DNA of 64,000 bases from Cyanidioschyzon merolae. Lineage: Eukaryota. Below the pieces are notes generated by a model. The model was given only the letters and a program-made list of their open reading frames with translations. It did no database searches and was not told the origin of the DNA. Positions 43,839 through 54,897 of this stretch are shown one piece after another; the stretch's first letter is position 1; every line of letters starts with the position of its first letter. The stretch lies in the NCBI GenBank assembly GCA_000091205.1, contig AP006502.2, one strand, 5' to 3'. The translations under genes were made by a program, and so were the position numbers.

Positions 43839-45485
43839 ATGGCACCACATCGCCATAGCAAACGAGAAACGCTAAAGCACAAGTACAAAGTGCAGCGGAA
43901 AGTGGCGGAGCACAATCGACGAATGCGGCGCCTGGCTCGCAAGCAACGACAAGAAGGTATCATTAAAGGGCAGCGCAAGGCCCAGCGCGAGCTCGGTGTA
44001 CCGAACCTCTACCCCTACAAGAAGCAGTTGCTGGAGCAGGCAGCGCGACGACTGGCCCTGCGATCGACGGTGACGGCAGAAGCGGGCTCCTTGGGCGAGT
44101 CGCCCGTGTCCGCTCCTGCGTTATCCGGTGCGAATGCACTCGGGAAGACTCCGGTGTTCCGCGAAGTTGCGCGCTCGAGGCGATCTTTTGCTGCAGCGCT
44201 TCGTCGTGTCGTGGAGTTATCGGATGTCGTTGTCGAGGTGCTCGACGCCCGGAACCCGCTGGAGAGCCGATCTTCAGCGCTCGAGCTGCTGGTACGTCAC
44301 GAGGGTGCGCGAGCTGCTGGCGGGAAACGGCTGATATTGGTGCTCAGCAAAGCGGACCTGGTTCCACGTGAAGCTCTCCAGGCCTGGCTGTGTCGACTTC
44401 GGGCCGAGTACCCGACATTGGCGATGCATGAAGGCCTCGATCAGACTGGTCAGCACCGGGGCCCGCGGCAGCCAGGTAGCGCAGTACAACCAAAACAGCT
44501 CTCGCAGCTGGTGCAGCTGCTCAAGCTCTATGCGAAACGGCGTGCGGACAAGCAATCATCCAGCAGCACCATCACTGTAGGCATCGTCGGCAAACCGAAT
44601 GTGGGCAAGTCAAGTCTACTGAACGCCCTCTGCCGTGAACAAGGTGCTGTGGCGACTGGCGCCCGTCCGGGTATCACCAAAACACTGCAGGAGGTTCGGC
44701 TTGATAGCAACATCCGGTTGCTGGACTCGCCTGGTGTTGTGCTGGACGATGTGCAGGAAATCGATCCAGCACCCGTGGTGGAGGTGGAGCAGACGAAAGC
44801 CGCGGGCTCACCCGAGCCAGTTGCCAATGCGACATCTGGCTCTCGAGACGAAAGTCGAATGGCGCTCGCTGGATTTCTCGCTGTTGAGGAGCTCAGCGAT
44901 CCAGTGGCTGCGGCTCGCCTGGTACTCGAACGATGTCAGTATAACGCGGATGGAGCGCTCTCTCTACTCTACGAAATGCCTGCATTTTCGATGTGCGATA
45001 TGGTTGCTGCAAACGAAGCTACTCGAGAGGAATCTTTTGCCACGCAGTTCTTGGCACTGTTTGCAAAAAGGCGTGGGTTGTTACGCAAAGCGGGAGTTCT
45101 TGATCTCGAAGCAGCAGCTCGAGTCCTGGTGCAAGATTGGGCAACTGGCAGAATCCCATACTATACGTTGCCGAAGCACGTTGGACTGCCTTCGTCGCAG
45201 CAGCTTGGAGCCCAGATCGTTTCAAACTGGGATAACGCTTTTGATCTTGATGTCTGCGAGCCTTCACCGAGCGCAGAAGAAGTTGTGATGGATGAGAATC
45301 CTGCTACCGACGCTGCCCCGCTATCGGTCGCTGATGTAGACGATGAAGTGGTGTTCCATGTCTGGAAGCATAAAACTCGGAGAGAAAGGCAAACATTTGC
45401 TTTGCCGCTTTCTCCTGGTGCTGCGGTTGAGAACGTCGCAGCTGATGCGGATCTCGAAGACTTTGAATTTTCCACGACATCGTGA
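43839..45485 (+). CDS. Nucleolar GTPase of the GNL3/nucleostemin/Nug1 (YlqF/RbgA, circularly permuted) family
   Basis: N-terminal basic 'MAPHRHSKRETLKHKYKVQRKVAEHNRRMRRLARK' is the GN3L/Grn1 motif. G4 ('LVLSKADLV') precedes G1 ('VGIVGKPNVGKSSLLNAL') and 'DSPGVV', which is the permuted order. Confidence 0.8.
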   Translation: MAPHRHSKRETLKHKYKVQRKVAEHNRRMRRLARKQRQEGIIKGQRKAQRELGVPNLYPYKKQLLEQAARRLALRSTVTAEAGSLGESPVSAPALSGANALGKTPVFREVARSRRSFAAALRRVVELSDVVVEVLDARNPLESRSSALELLVRHEGARAAGGKRLILVLSKADLVPREALQAWLCRLRAEYPTLAMHEGLDQTGQHRGPRQPGSAVQPKQLSQLVQLLKLYAKRRADKQSSSSTITVGIVGKPNVGKSSLLNALCREQGAVATGARPGITKTLQEVRLDSNIRLLDSPGVVLDDVQEIDPAPVVEVEQTKAAGSPEPVANATSGSRDESRMALAGFLAVEELSDPVAAARLVLERCQYNADGALSLLYEMPAFSMCDMVAANEATREESFATQFLALFAKRRGLLRKAGVLDLEAAARVLVQDWATGRIPYYTLPKHVGLPSSQQLGAQIVSNWDNAFDLDVCEPSPSAEEVVMDENPATDAAPLSVADVDDEVVFHVWKHKTRRERQTFALPLSPGAAVENVAADADLEDFEFSTTS

Positions 45486-48320
45486 ACCTCGGAGATGAAC
45501 AGGCCGGGCGCTCTTCACACACGAAGCCAGCTCTGTGCGGTGCAGGTCGCTCGCTTGTGAGTGTATCGCATATCTGCGGCACTTTATTTGTGTGTCTTGA
45601 GATCTGTGTGTCTATATGCTAGAGTATCAGCGGGTCGTCAGGCGCGTGTGTGGCTCCTCGAGCATGCGCTTCCCTGATCGCTCGACTCGGGGCCCTGCGG
45701 GCATTCAACATTCTCGACGCATCTGCGAGACGTGTGTCATGGATCCAACCGGCATTGCACCTAGCCGCTGGCAAGGCGCCTCTGAATCACTGGACATACG
45801 TAAGCATCGTGCTCGAGCTGTTGAGCTCTTTTCGAAGGGAATCTACCGACAACATGGCTTGCAAAGTCATCGGGGCGGGACCACACAACAGGGGCTTTGT
45901 TTGGACCCTCTTTTCAAAAACGCAACCAGAGACGGCACTTGGATGCATTCATTCAGCTTTCCGCACACGTAACAGGTTGCAGCTATGCACAAGCGCCTCG
46001 TACGCGACCGGTCATTAGCGAGATACCTGCGTAGAATCGCGGTCTTCGTAGAGAGCATGCGTTCCGTGCGACGCTCCAAAATGACAGCGTATTCTGTCCA
46101 CGATTCTGCCTGCTCGTCATTTGGCTACAGACCGTCGGCTTTGTGAGCGCAAGCTGAAAGCGTTCACGCAATGCGCATGATGCATCATCAATACAACCAG
46201 CCAAGCAAGACGGGATTCCTGACCATGGACTAGATTTCGCGTCAGGGGAGTCTGTCGAAGAAGCAATGCGTGCGAGGAGGACGTGAGCCAATCACGATCA
46301 TCCTCCATCCGCCCGGTCTTTCTCTGGGGTATTGAGTGAATGCTCAATCATTCGGAATAGAAGCCATGACGAAAAGCACCAAGAGACAAACGTGGGGTCA
46401 CTGCAGCGGCGTGCATACCAGCCCAAGCGCTTGCTGGGGCAACCAGTGCTTGCTGAGCGAACGCTGCGTAACGCTCTTAGCGACAGCAGTTTTAGACTCG
46501 CGATCGGCAGTGGCACACTCGGCAGGTCTTTTGGGCGAAGGATCAGGACGCATCCGGGATGCACTACTGCACACCTGCGGTACCAGAGAGGAACGAGGTT
46601 CCCGGACAGACCGTATTCCCGCTAGTGGAGGGTGCCGTACCCGCGCCTCGGCAATGCCTAACGAGGTTGCTGTTCAGGACTTGAATCTCTAGAATGCTTC
46701 CTACAGATGACGAGACTTTGGACTCAGAGCAGCGCACTTGCAAGAACATGTATCAACACGGTAAACGTGTAATTGTTTGTTTTTCGCACAGGTATTCAAA
46801 ACGTGGATTGTATATTATAGAGCGATGAAAGGTCGCGAGATGACTTTATGCTGGCTGGCTGGCTGGCTTCGGAGCAAAACGCCTTTACTTGTCCAGACCA
46901 GACATTGTGCGGACAGCAGACGTATGAGGTACCCCTCTCGTAGTGCGTTCCTTGAACGACTTGCACCGACCACAGCAAGTTTCAAAAGCTATCTACATGA
47001 GCGTCCCGTCTTTCATGTATTCCAGCCCGGATGATATCCATGACGTACCTCCAAAGAAGCCGCTGGATGAGAGGTTTTCGAACGGTTGATACAAATTGCG
47101 GTGAAGCGACACGAGTGAACGAAGAAGATGGCAGGCTACTACTTGTAGCTGCAGCACCTTGAACAGCGCACGATCGATTTCGCACTGCAACGCGAAAGTT
47201 TATTCCACCAGGGGCATATTGCCGTCTCAATGTATGAGACTTTATTCAGTAGACTTGGTAGATTTGTGTATGGATAATTCAAAACGGGGGCAAACTGCTG
47301 TTCATAGAAAAAAAGCAGCGGGGCTGTCGGTACTATTAGCCCTGGCTACGACTCGGTTATGTAGTTACTTATACATCGCCAAGAATTGTCTAATCGTTCA
47401 ACATCGCATGCTGCGGGGAATCACGTTTTGCGACCTATTCGTTTCACGTTCTTCTTCACTGGCCTTAGACGTTGCCGCTTTCCATCACTATAATGTGGTC
47501 ACGGAGTATGCAGATGAGATCGGCAATGAGCAGTGCTACGTGTGAGCGATGGCTCCCGGTTCCAATCGAGTAGGGGGTATGTCTGTCGGTCTCTGTGCTA
47601 CGCCCGATCCAGCGGTTTGGGCGCTGTTTCGAACGCTCACGGCAGTCGCAGTGCACAATGGAACGTCGGAAAAGCAGAATGTCGGAGATGAGGCACGCGA
47701 TGTGACTGGTGGAAATCGCAGAGCTGGTACGCAATGACGGCAGATTTCCCGGGTGTCGGTACTCGTCGTGAATTCCCGGATCATTGAGCCGTGAGCACAT
47801 TCCATCGATCAGAACGAATTTGCGGTGGGTTGCTCGACACTTGCTGGCCTGGCGCCGGATAGAAACACAATTCAAACCAGTTTCTCATTCCAGCGTCTGT
47901 GCAGAATGGACTGCAAGAAACGGGAATAAACGTGTATCCGTAGTCGGGAAGACTGCGGCGCATAGTTTGTTTACGATCAATAAAACGAACGAAATTCCTG
48001 TTGAGTAGGGTGATGCATACCTCGCCCGCACAAGCGTAAGATACTACAATGGCTACGCTTTTGATACAGGCGTCGAGGGGTATCGTGCCAGGCCCCTGCA
48101 TCCCCTTGTCTGTCGGGGCGGTACTGCGATGGGCAGTAGCGTCGGCACCAGCGACAGAACCTATAGCAAGAGTTCATTCTACGTGAGTTTCCGATGTACA
48201 ATACGTTGTTTTGGCTGCAGTGCACCGGTGAGAGCACGCATGTGCCAATGCGGGGTGTCGGACACGTGTCCTTTATCGATCGGTGCAGCGTCTCGCGCGG
48301 TGCACGCATCGCGCTCAGTG

Positions 48321-50965
48321 CGCGCACCTAGGAGATCAGGCAGGCGTGAGACACGACGCGCATGCCGCCGTTGAAGGGAAACGTAATCGTGATCAGCAGC
48401 GTCTAGCTCTCGTGTTAAAGTTGTATTTTCGTTGACTTTATGGGCAAGTATAGTTTTCAGTTCAATTGTGTTTGAAAACTCAAACAAGTGTATTCTAGTG
48501 TTTTGTCGCAGTATATAAGAGGAGCGTTCAAAGAGGGTTCTTTTTCAAAAAAAACTAAACAAGGAAAGTTATGAAAAAGCAAGTCGACGATCCTGGAGGC
48601 CCAGTGTCGCCGGCTGCCAGAAAGAAAACAAAACACAGTGCCGAGTCCAGAAGAAGAGGAGAAGAAAAAGAAGCAAAAGGAGGAGGCTCTACGTCGAGTG
48701 CTGCAAGAAAGACGAATGTACGACGAGAAGGTGGTGAAAGCTGGTCTTCTTGGATATATCAAGGATCCGTACAGGGAAAATTTGCGAGACGCTATCAGAA
48801 AACGTGTCGACTCGTACTCCAAGAGTACTGTCAAGGCGTCGTCAGGACTGATGCACTCGGCGAGGGAGATGTATCGCGACGTGACGCACATGCAAACAGT
48901 CGAGGTCCCAGACGAGTTGTTCGACACGACCTTTATTCGATACTTGATGCTCGGTACAGGGGAGATGCGAAGGGAAAATGAGCGAGTGCACGCCCTCTGC
49001 CAAAAATACTCCTTCTACAGCTTCGAGGGCACTCGATACAGGGTTGACTCGTGTATTTACGAATACGGAGCGATAAAGTACCCCACGAACCTGAATAAAC
49101 ATTTGACCGTGAACCTCGAACGTTTCATGATACGCGCCGTGTTTGCACTCTACCCGGGCATCTCTCGCAAAGCGATATGGATCATCATCGATAGCATCAA
49201 AAACGATAGTAAGAATGAACAGGTGATCGAATTTGTTCACGAGAAGACATTATGCAGGAAAACGAATGAAGCTTCTGTAATCCGTGCGGCTATACAAGAG
49301 CACCGTGCAGCACTGGGGCTTGCGAGTCCAGCAGAAAAGATATCAGAGTTGAAAAAAGATAAGAAAAGATACCATCGCCTCGTCCTGCGCTATTTCGTGT
49401 TTTTGGACCGAGAGCTCGAACGCAAGGCGGAAATGAAGCTGAGTGAAGAGACAAATGAATATTGGGAGAGACGGAAGCCTGTCCTAATAGGGCAGCGCTT
49501 CAACGTGGCTCCAATGTCCAATATCAAGTCACATTTCCTGACGATCGATTCCGGCGTCGTTCATGGCATCATGAGGGAGATCAGTCCCGAGTTCAATGTT
49601 AACAGGGAGGAGTTCTCCGGCGAAAACCGGGAGACGCACTGGAAGAATATCTTCGATTCCAAACGTCTGAGAGTGAGCAAGCAAAAGTTGTTCACTGAAA
49701 TGATTGAAACCGATGGAGTGGCCTTGTGTATACACTATCGGCGGTTGAAGAGAGATCGGCCAGTCCCTCCCTCGGCCGCGCCCGTGACGAAGGATGAAGA
49801 AAAGGAGGAGGCCGGTCCTGCGACACAGGAGGTAGACGATAACGACCTTGTCGTTGGCGCGGCGGAGCATGAAGATGAGAAGGAGGCGGATCCTGTGATG
49901 CAGGAGGTGGAGGATAACGGCCTTATCGTTGGCGCGGTGAAGCTTGATGAAAACAAAAAGGCAGATCCTGCCACGCAGAGAGTGCAAGATAATGACTTTG
50001 TCGTTGGCGCGGACCCTGGGAATACGAATATCATCACCATTGCAGCACCCAAGCGTGCGGAAGATGGTGCTGATGGTAACTTGCGTCAGAAAAACATGCG
50101 TCTTTTGAGGTTCTCGAGAGCGAGATACTATCGAGAATCGGGAATGATGAATGCAAGGAAGAAAATCGAGACATGGAATGCAGGAATGAAGGAGCACCTG
50201 GACGCTATGAGCGAGGTGACGAGCCGAGGAGCGGACTTTGAAGCTTTTCGGGAATTCATGGAACTTCGTGTTGCGCATTGGGATGCACTGTGGGAGCAGT
50301 ATACCAAGCCTCGGTTGGCTCGTCTGCTTATGAATCTATACGGGTAGAGGCAGCGGGCATTTGCGAACTTTTTCAATCAGTTGAGCGCCCTCAAAGAGGA
50401 TCAAAGTCAGAGGCTGGTAGTAGCATACGGGGCAGGGCGCTGGGCGCCCAAGAAAGGCACTACGCCAGCTCCATCGACGAGAACGTACAAGGAGTGTGCG
50501 CGGCGTTTTGTTAAAATTCCTGCAGATGAGTTTCGAACATCGTATACACATCATGAACTGGGATGTACACTTCAGACGGTGGAGATAGAAAAGTGCCAAC
50601 GGAGTCCTGAGGAAATAGCAAAGTACGGACCGCTGACGGAAGAGCAAATGGAAAGAAGGGCGAAAGTGCGAGGGCTACTCGCATTAGTAAGTACAACCAG
50701 TGATGGAAAGAAACGGATGGAGTCTGTGAATCGAGATTGTAACGCCGCTATCGATATAAGGAAATGTGCGGTGCTAGAGAAAAGACCTCCAGAATGGACA
50801 AGAGAGAACTTTATTGGACAACCTCTCAAAGTCGAACTATATGAGAAGAAGTTGGAAGCAGTAGTGGGTGGCCGGTCGCAAAAGTCTGGGAGGCGTCTAC
50901 ACCTCGGATGAAAGCGTTATGTCTAGGGCGGGTTTCTCGCCACTAGTGTGCACGGTCGGCATCGT
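48321..50965 (+). mobile_element. TnpB/Fanzor-like element copy 3 (best preserved)
   Basis: A ~300-bp leader is shared with copy 2. A single reading frame runs 48638..50911 with one internal TAG. About 55 bp of post-stop sequence is conserved with copies 1, 2 and 4. Confidence 0.8.
48638..50911 (+). pseudogene. ~757-aa TnpB/Fanzor-like (RuvC-fold) protein gene with one in-frame TAG at 50345-50347
   Basis: ORFs 48638..50347 and 50381..50911 are in the same frame, separated only by 'tac ggg TAG agg cag'; copy 1 reads 'tac ggt ggg agg caa' at that point. Motifs: K/E-rich N-terminus; '[16 protein letters not shown]' (RuvC-I-like); 'FVKIPADEFRTSYTHHELGC...EKCQ' in the position of the TnpB zinc ribbon; 'NRDCNAAIDIRK' (RuvC-III hallmark D-x-NAA-x-NI). 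Confidence 0.75.
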
Positions 50966-51216
50966 TCGACTGCGTTTAGGTTCTCTCTTTTGCAAATGAA
51001 ACACATCCTCCATCAGACTTGCGAAAACGACGCAGCGCTCCTTGTCGTGCGAAGGCGTTTCCGCGCTCGTGCCTGCAACGCTGTACATACCCGTGTGTCT
51101 ACAGAGGCCGGCGCCATGCAACCGCCCTGGCGAGCAGCTGTTTATCCGGAGATGCTTATAGCATCTTGAACTCGGAGTCGAGCTTCGTTTTCCGTTGTGC
51201 GCAGATGGTGGCGTGG

Positions 51217-53388
51217 TCACACGATGCAAGCTGCCGCCGCCGCCGCTGCTGCAGTCGTCGAGGTGCTCGGTCCCGAAGAATGCCCAGTCTGACCCGCATT
51301 CCAGGTCGCAGCGCTCGCTGGATCCACAAAGCGAGTTTCGAACGCTTCTCGCTCTGCCTCGTAGTCGATGAGCACTGTTTGCCCCTCCTTGCCAGGTAAA
51401 TCAAACTGACAATCAAGGAGCACCCGTTCCAAGATACCCCGAAGACCTCGTGCACCAACGCCTTTGTGAACAGCCTCGCGTGCCACTGCCCGCAGCGCTT
51501 GATCCGTAATGTGCATATCGACGCCACTCATGCGAAACATCTCTCGAAACTGACGCACGAGTGCATTGCGCGGCTCGGTGAGCACCTGGACCAACTGCGG
51601 TTCAGTGAGCGCCCGGAGATTGACAACGATCGGGAGACGTCCCACAAACTCGGGTACCAGTCCGTATCGAATGAGGTCCGTTGACTCGACATGATCCAGC
51701 AGTGCATCGTCGACAGCGTCGGAAGCAGCCACATGCGCACCGAAACCAATCGAAGTCGCTGCTAGTCGATGACCAACGATGCGCTCCAGGCCGGAAAACG
51801 CACCGCCACAGATGAAGAGGATGTTGCGCGTGTCCATGGGAATGTACTCGGCACGAGGATTCTTCCGACCGCCTTTCTCCGGTACATTGACGATCGAGCC
51901 TTCCAACATTTTCAGTAGGGCCTGCTGGACGCCCTCGCCGGATACATCGCGAGTGATGCTGGGGCTCTCTGACTTGCGCGAGATCTTGTCGATCTCGTCG
52001 ATATAGACAATGCCCCGTTGGGCCAGATTCAAGTCGAAATCCGCTGCTTGGAGCAAACGGTGCAGAATGGATTCAACGTCCTCGCCAACGTAGCCGGCTT
52101 GGGTCAGGGTGGTTGCGTCCACCATAACAAAAGGGACCCGGCACTTGCGCGCCAGGGATTTCGCCAGCAGCGTCTTTCCGGAGCCGGTCGGCCCCAGCAA
52201 CAGAATATTCGACTTTTCGAATTCGACGCAGTGATCGAGGAGGCTGTTGAGTGTCAACGATGCAGCCGATGAGGCATCACCCATTCGGTACGGAAGCGAA
52301 CCAGGCATACAACCGGCGTTGCCAGTCCCGTAGGAGGCCGCACCGGGCGTCGAACTGCGCAGTTCCAGAATCGGCCCAGGGCGGCTCTTGACCGACTCCC
52401 GTGACGTCGCATGTGCGTCATCTGCACCAGTCGACTCATGGATGTATGGGGCACGTGTTTTCGTGCTCGCAGTCAAGTCGAGGTCACTGCTTCGAAACGC
52501 TGCTTCCGTTAGGTCGTCAAGCACAATCGGGCGGCGAGACATGTTCGACTCCGCCGGGGATGCCTCTGCATCACTGTCGAGCGGCATGCGGCGAGGACGA
52601 ACGTTTCCCGATGACCACGAGGATGACGGGTTTGCGTTACTGCTGTCGATGGAGTGGATTGCTGGAGGAACGCGTGTACCAGCACCCGATGTGCGTCGTG
52701 ACCCATGCATATCCGACATCATCATCAGCAGAATGCGCCCTGCGGAGGACTGGAGCGACGGTTTCCCTGAAATCGTTTGGGATGTGTTGCCGCTGGTGCT
52801 CGTGCTACTGCTCGTGCTACTGTTGCTACCACTGGTACTGTTATTGCTCAAACTCTCTTCGAAACCGGGCCAACCAAAGCGGGTGCTGGTGGTATTCTCG
52901 TTTTCGCTGGTGCCACCCATGCCCACGGTTGAAGCAGCGGAGGCAGCCCGCACGCGCTCCATCAGTTCACTCGCGAGCACCTTCTTATAGTGATTATGGG
53001 TGGCGACTGCCAAGACGCGTTTCGCCTTTTCCTGTCCTATGCAGTACTCGTTCAGGTGGTCGAAAAGCGCACGCGGCGTCGGGAGCGCCGCAACCCGCTG
53101 TCTCAGGAGCCGCGTATAGGTCGCCATTAGGTGACCGTCCCGCACTGCAGAACCGTAACGAAACTCGTCGGCGTCCTCCCAGCTTCCTGAACGAGTACCG
53201 CTTGTGCTCAAGCACTGGACACCGCCCTGGCGCCGACACCGGTGAATGGTACCGACTGCGGCCAAACGAGGCTCCACTGACTTTTGTCCCAGAGAGCACC
53301 AGGCTTTCCAGTCTACCAGATAACTCCGTTGGGAAAGCACCGCATCGACCCGAACCAACGACATTTCCTCTGACAAGTGCAAGCACAC
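51217..53388 (-). CDS. CLPX: ATP-dependent Clp protease ATP-binding subunit ClpX (mitochondrial-type) with a large low-complexity insertion
   Basis: '[30 protein letters not shown]', Walker A '[18 protein letters not shown]', '[15 protein letters not shown]' and '[28 protein letters not shown]' are collinear with ClpX. A ~230-aa S/T/N-rich insert lies between the N-domain and Walker A. Confidence 0.85.
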   Translation of the reverse strand: MCLHLSEEMSLVRVDAVLSQRSYLVDWKAWCSLGQKSVEPRLAAVGTIHRCRRQGGVQCLSTSGTRSGSWEDADEFRYGSAVRDGHLMATYTRLLRQRVAALPTPRALFDHLNEYCIGQEKAKRVLAVATHNHYKKVLASELMERVRAASAASTVGMGGTSENENTTSTRFGWPGFEESLSNNSTSGSNSSTSSSTSTSGNTSQTISGKPSLQSSAGRILLMMMSDMHGSRRTSGAGTRVPPAIHSIDSSNANPSSSWSSGNVRPRRMPLDSDAEASPAESNMSRRPIVLDDLTEAAFRSSDLDLTASTKTRAPYIHESTGADDAHATSRESVKSRPGPILELRSSTPGAASYGTGNAGCMPGSLPYRMGDASSAASLTLNSLLDHCVEFEKSNILLLGPTGSGKTLLAKSLARKCRVPFVMVDATTLTQAGYVGEDVESILHRLLQAADFDLNLAQRGIVYIDEIDKISRKSESPSITRDVSGEGVQQALLKMLEGSIVNVPEKGGRKNPRAEYIPMDTRNILFICGGAFSGLERIVGHRLAATSIGFGAHVAASDAVDDALLDHVESTDLIRYGLVPEFVGRLPIVVNLRALTEPQLVQVLTEPRNALVRQFREMFRMSGVDMHITDQALRAVAREAVHKGVGARGLRGILERVLLDCQFDLPGKEGQTVLIDYEAEREAFETRFVDPASAATWNAGQTGHSSGPSTSTTAAAAAAAACIV

Positions 53389-53540
53389 ACAGACACAGCC
53401 ACAAAAGCTCGCGCTGACCTGGCGCTGCTGAAAAGCCGTTTACTCAGGAAACGTTGTGCAGGCGCGCCGCGGGATCGTTGCCGCTCAACGGGCTCGAGGT
53501 GCACTGCCGGCGGACGCGTGGCGGCGTTCTCCGCACGAGA

Positions 53541-53577
53541 TGATGATGATAACGATGATAATGATGATGATGATCAC
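53541..53577. repeat. (ATG/ATA)n microsatellite-like run
   Basis: atgatgatgataacgatgataatgatgatgatgatca, between ClpX and the cullin gene. Confidence 0.8.
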
Positions 53578-54897
53578 GGGGTACGGCTGCGGCATCCTCC
53601 GCATCTGGGGCAGCGTAGGGCGCGCGGTGAGCGGCCTGCGCGCGATCCGCCCATCGATGATGCTGGTGCCCCAGCGCTGTCTGTGTGCTGTTTCCGACCT
53701 ATGGATCGCAATGGAGAAACTGAAACTCATGAGACATGAATGTATATTACAGTCATGCGTGCGCAAGCTCGGCGCTGACCAGCGACGCTGCCGGTGCTGC
53801 GCAGCGTCCCCTGGAGCGCGCGAAAGACGCTCTGTCTTCGAGTTACATCGGCATGAACAGTGTAGGTGGTATTGTGGATGCAGTGCGGCAGGTGCTCGGT
53901 GCACAGTGGAACGCATGAAACGACCAGTAGATTCGCGGGGCAGTATTGGTCATGGAACGTGAAGGTGGAGTGCAGCATGCAGGGCGCTTTCCCGGATGCA
54001 GGTATTCATTACGCAAGCCGGGACCCGTGGTCCACGGAAACCTTTTGTTTAACGAGAGAAATTGACGGTGCAAACCAGCACGCGATCCTCGTCTGCTTTG
54101 CCTCGCAAAATGGGAGTAACGACATGCGGGTATATCAACAACACGTCGCTATCTTGCTGCTACGTTCCGGATATTCATTCGTTTGCTTAACTTACCACCA
54201 TTCGATCATCGAAATTCGCTTGAACAACAACACGTCGCTATCTTGCTGCCACGTGTTTCCCGCTTCGCATATTACAACGCACCGTATGGCAGGCGACGAC
54301 GCTGTGCCGCTTATGCAGTCAGTACCGCAAGGATGCCCAGACCTGCGGCAGGCACACAACGCGCATGACGCGCTAAACTTGCAACTAGAGCATCTTCCAG
54401 CGGCTAATGAATGCCCCAAAGAACAGGTCCAGGGAACTCGTGGCGGCCGCGGTTGCATGTGCACATGCTGTAGTAGCGCGGAGGATTGCGGTGCGCTCGG
54501 TGCTGGTTGCCTGCGCACCCTGCCACCAGTGCAGCCACCACAACTTGTCCATGGCATCTGTGCGAGAACACGTAGCACGCGGCCGCCTTGCCTATGTGAA
54601 ACCGTTCATTGTTTACGGCCAAAGTTTCGAAGAAAGATGGTGAACCGAGACTCGCTGAAGCACATCGTTTCTTTCTCCAGACCAGTACGGAGACGATGTC
54701 GCGACGTTCATGAGCTGAACAACTCCAGCAGTACCCAGGATGCTCCGTGGCACCCTTGGAAACGCGGGCCATTGCCGCTGACGTTGCGAAGACGCCAGGG
54801 TCCGCATCCGCACGCCAGCGAGCAGCGAACTCTAGACGTGCTATTTTCAAGCAGGCGCTGGCTACAAGAGACCGCATCCCGGTACGGGCGCTTCGCT

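Noticed and set aside
50345-50347. Possibility that TAG is a sense codon, which would make copy 3 fully intact
   Set aside because: Well-supported genes in the window terminate with TAG, for example the RecD2-like helicase (...gcgaaaTAG at 4307-4309). So TAG is a stop here. Programmed readthrough cannot be excluded, but there is no evidence for it.
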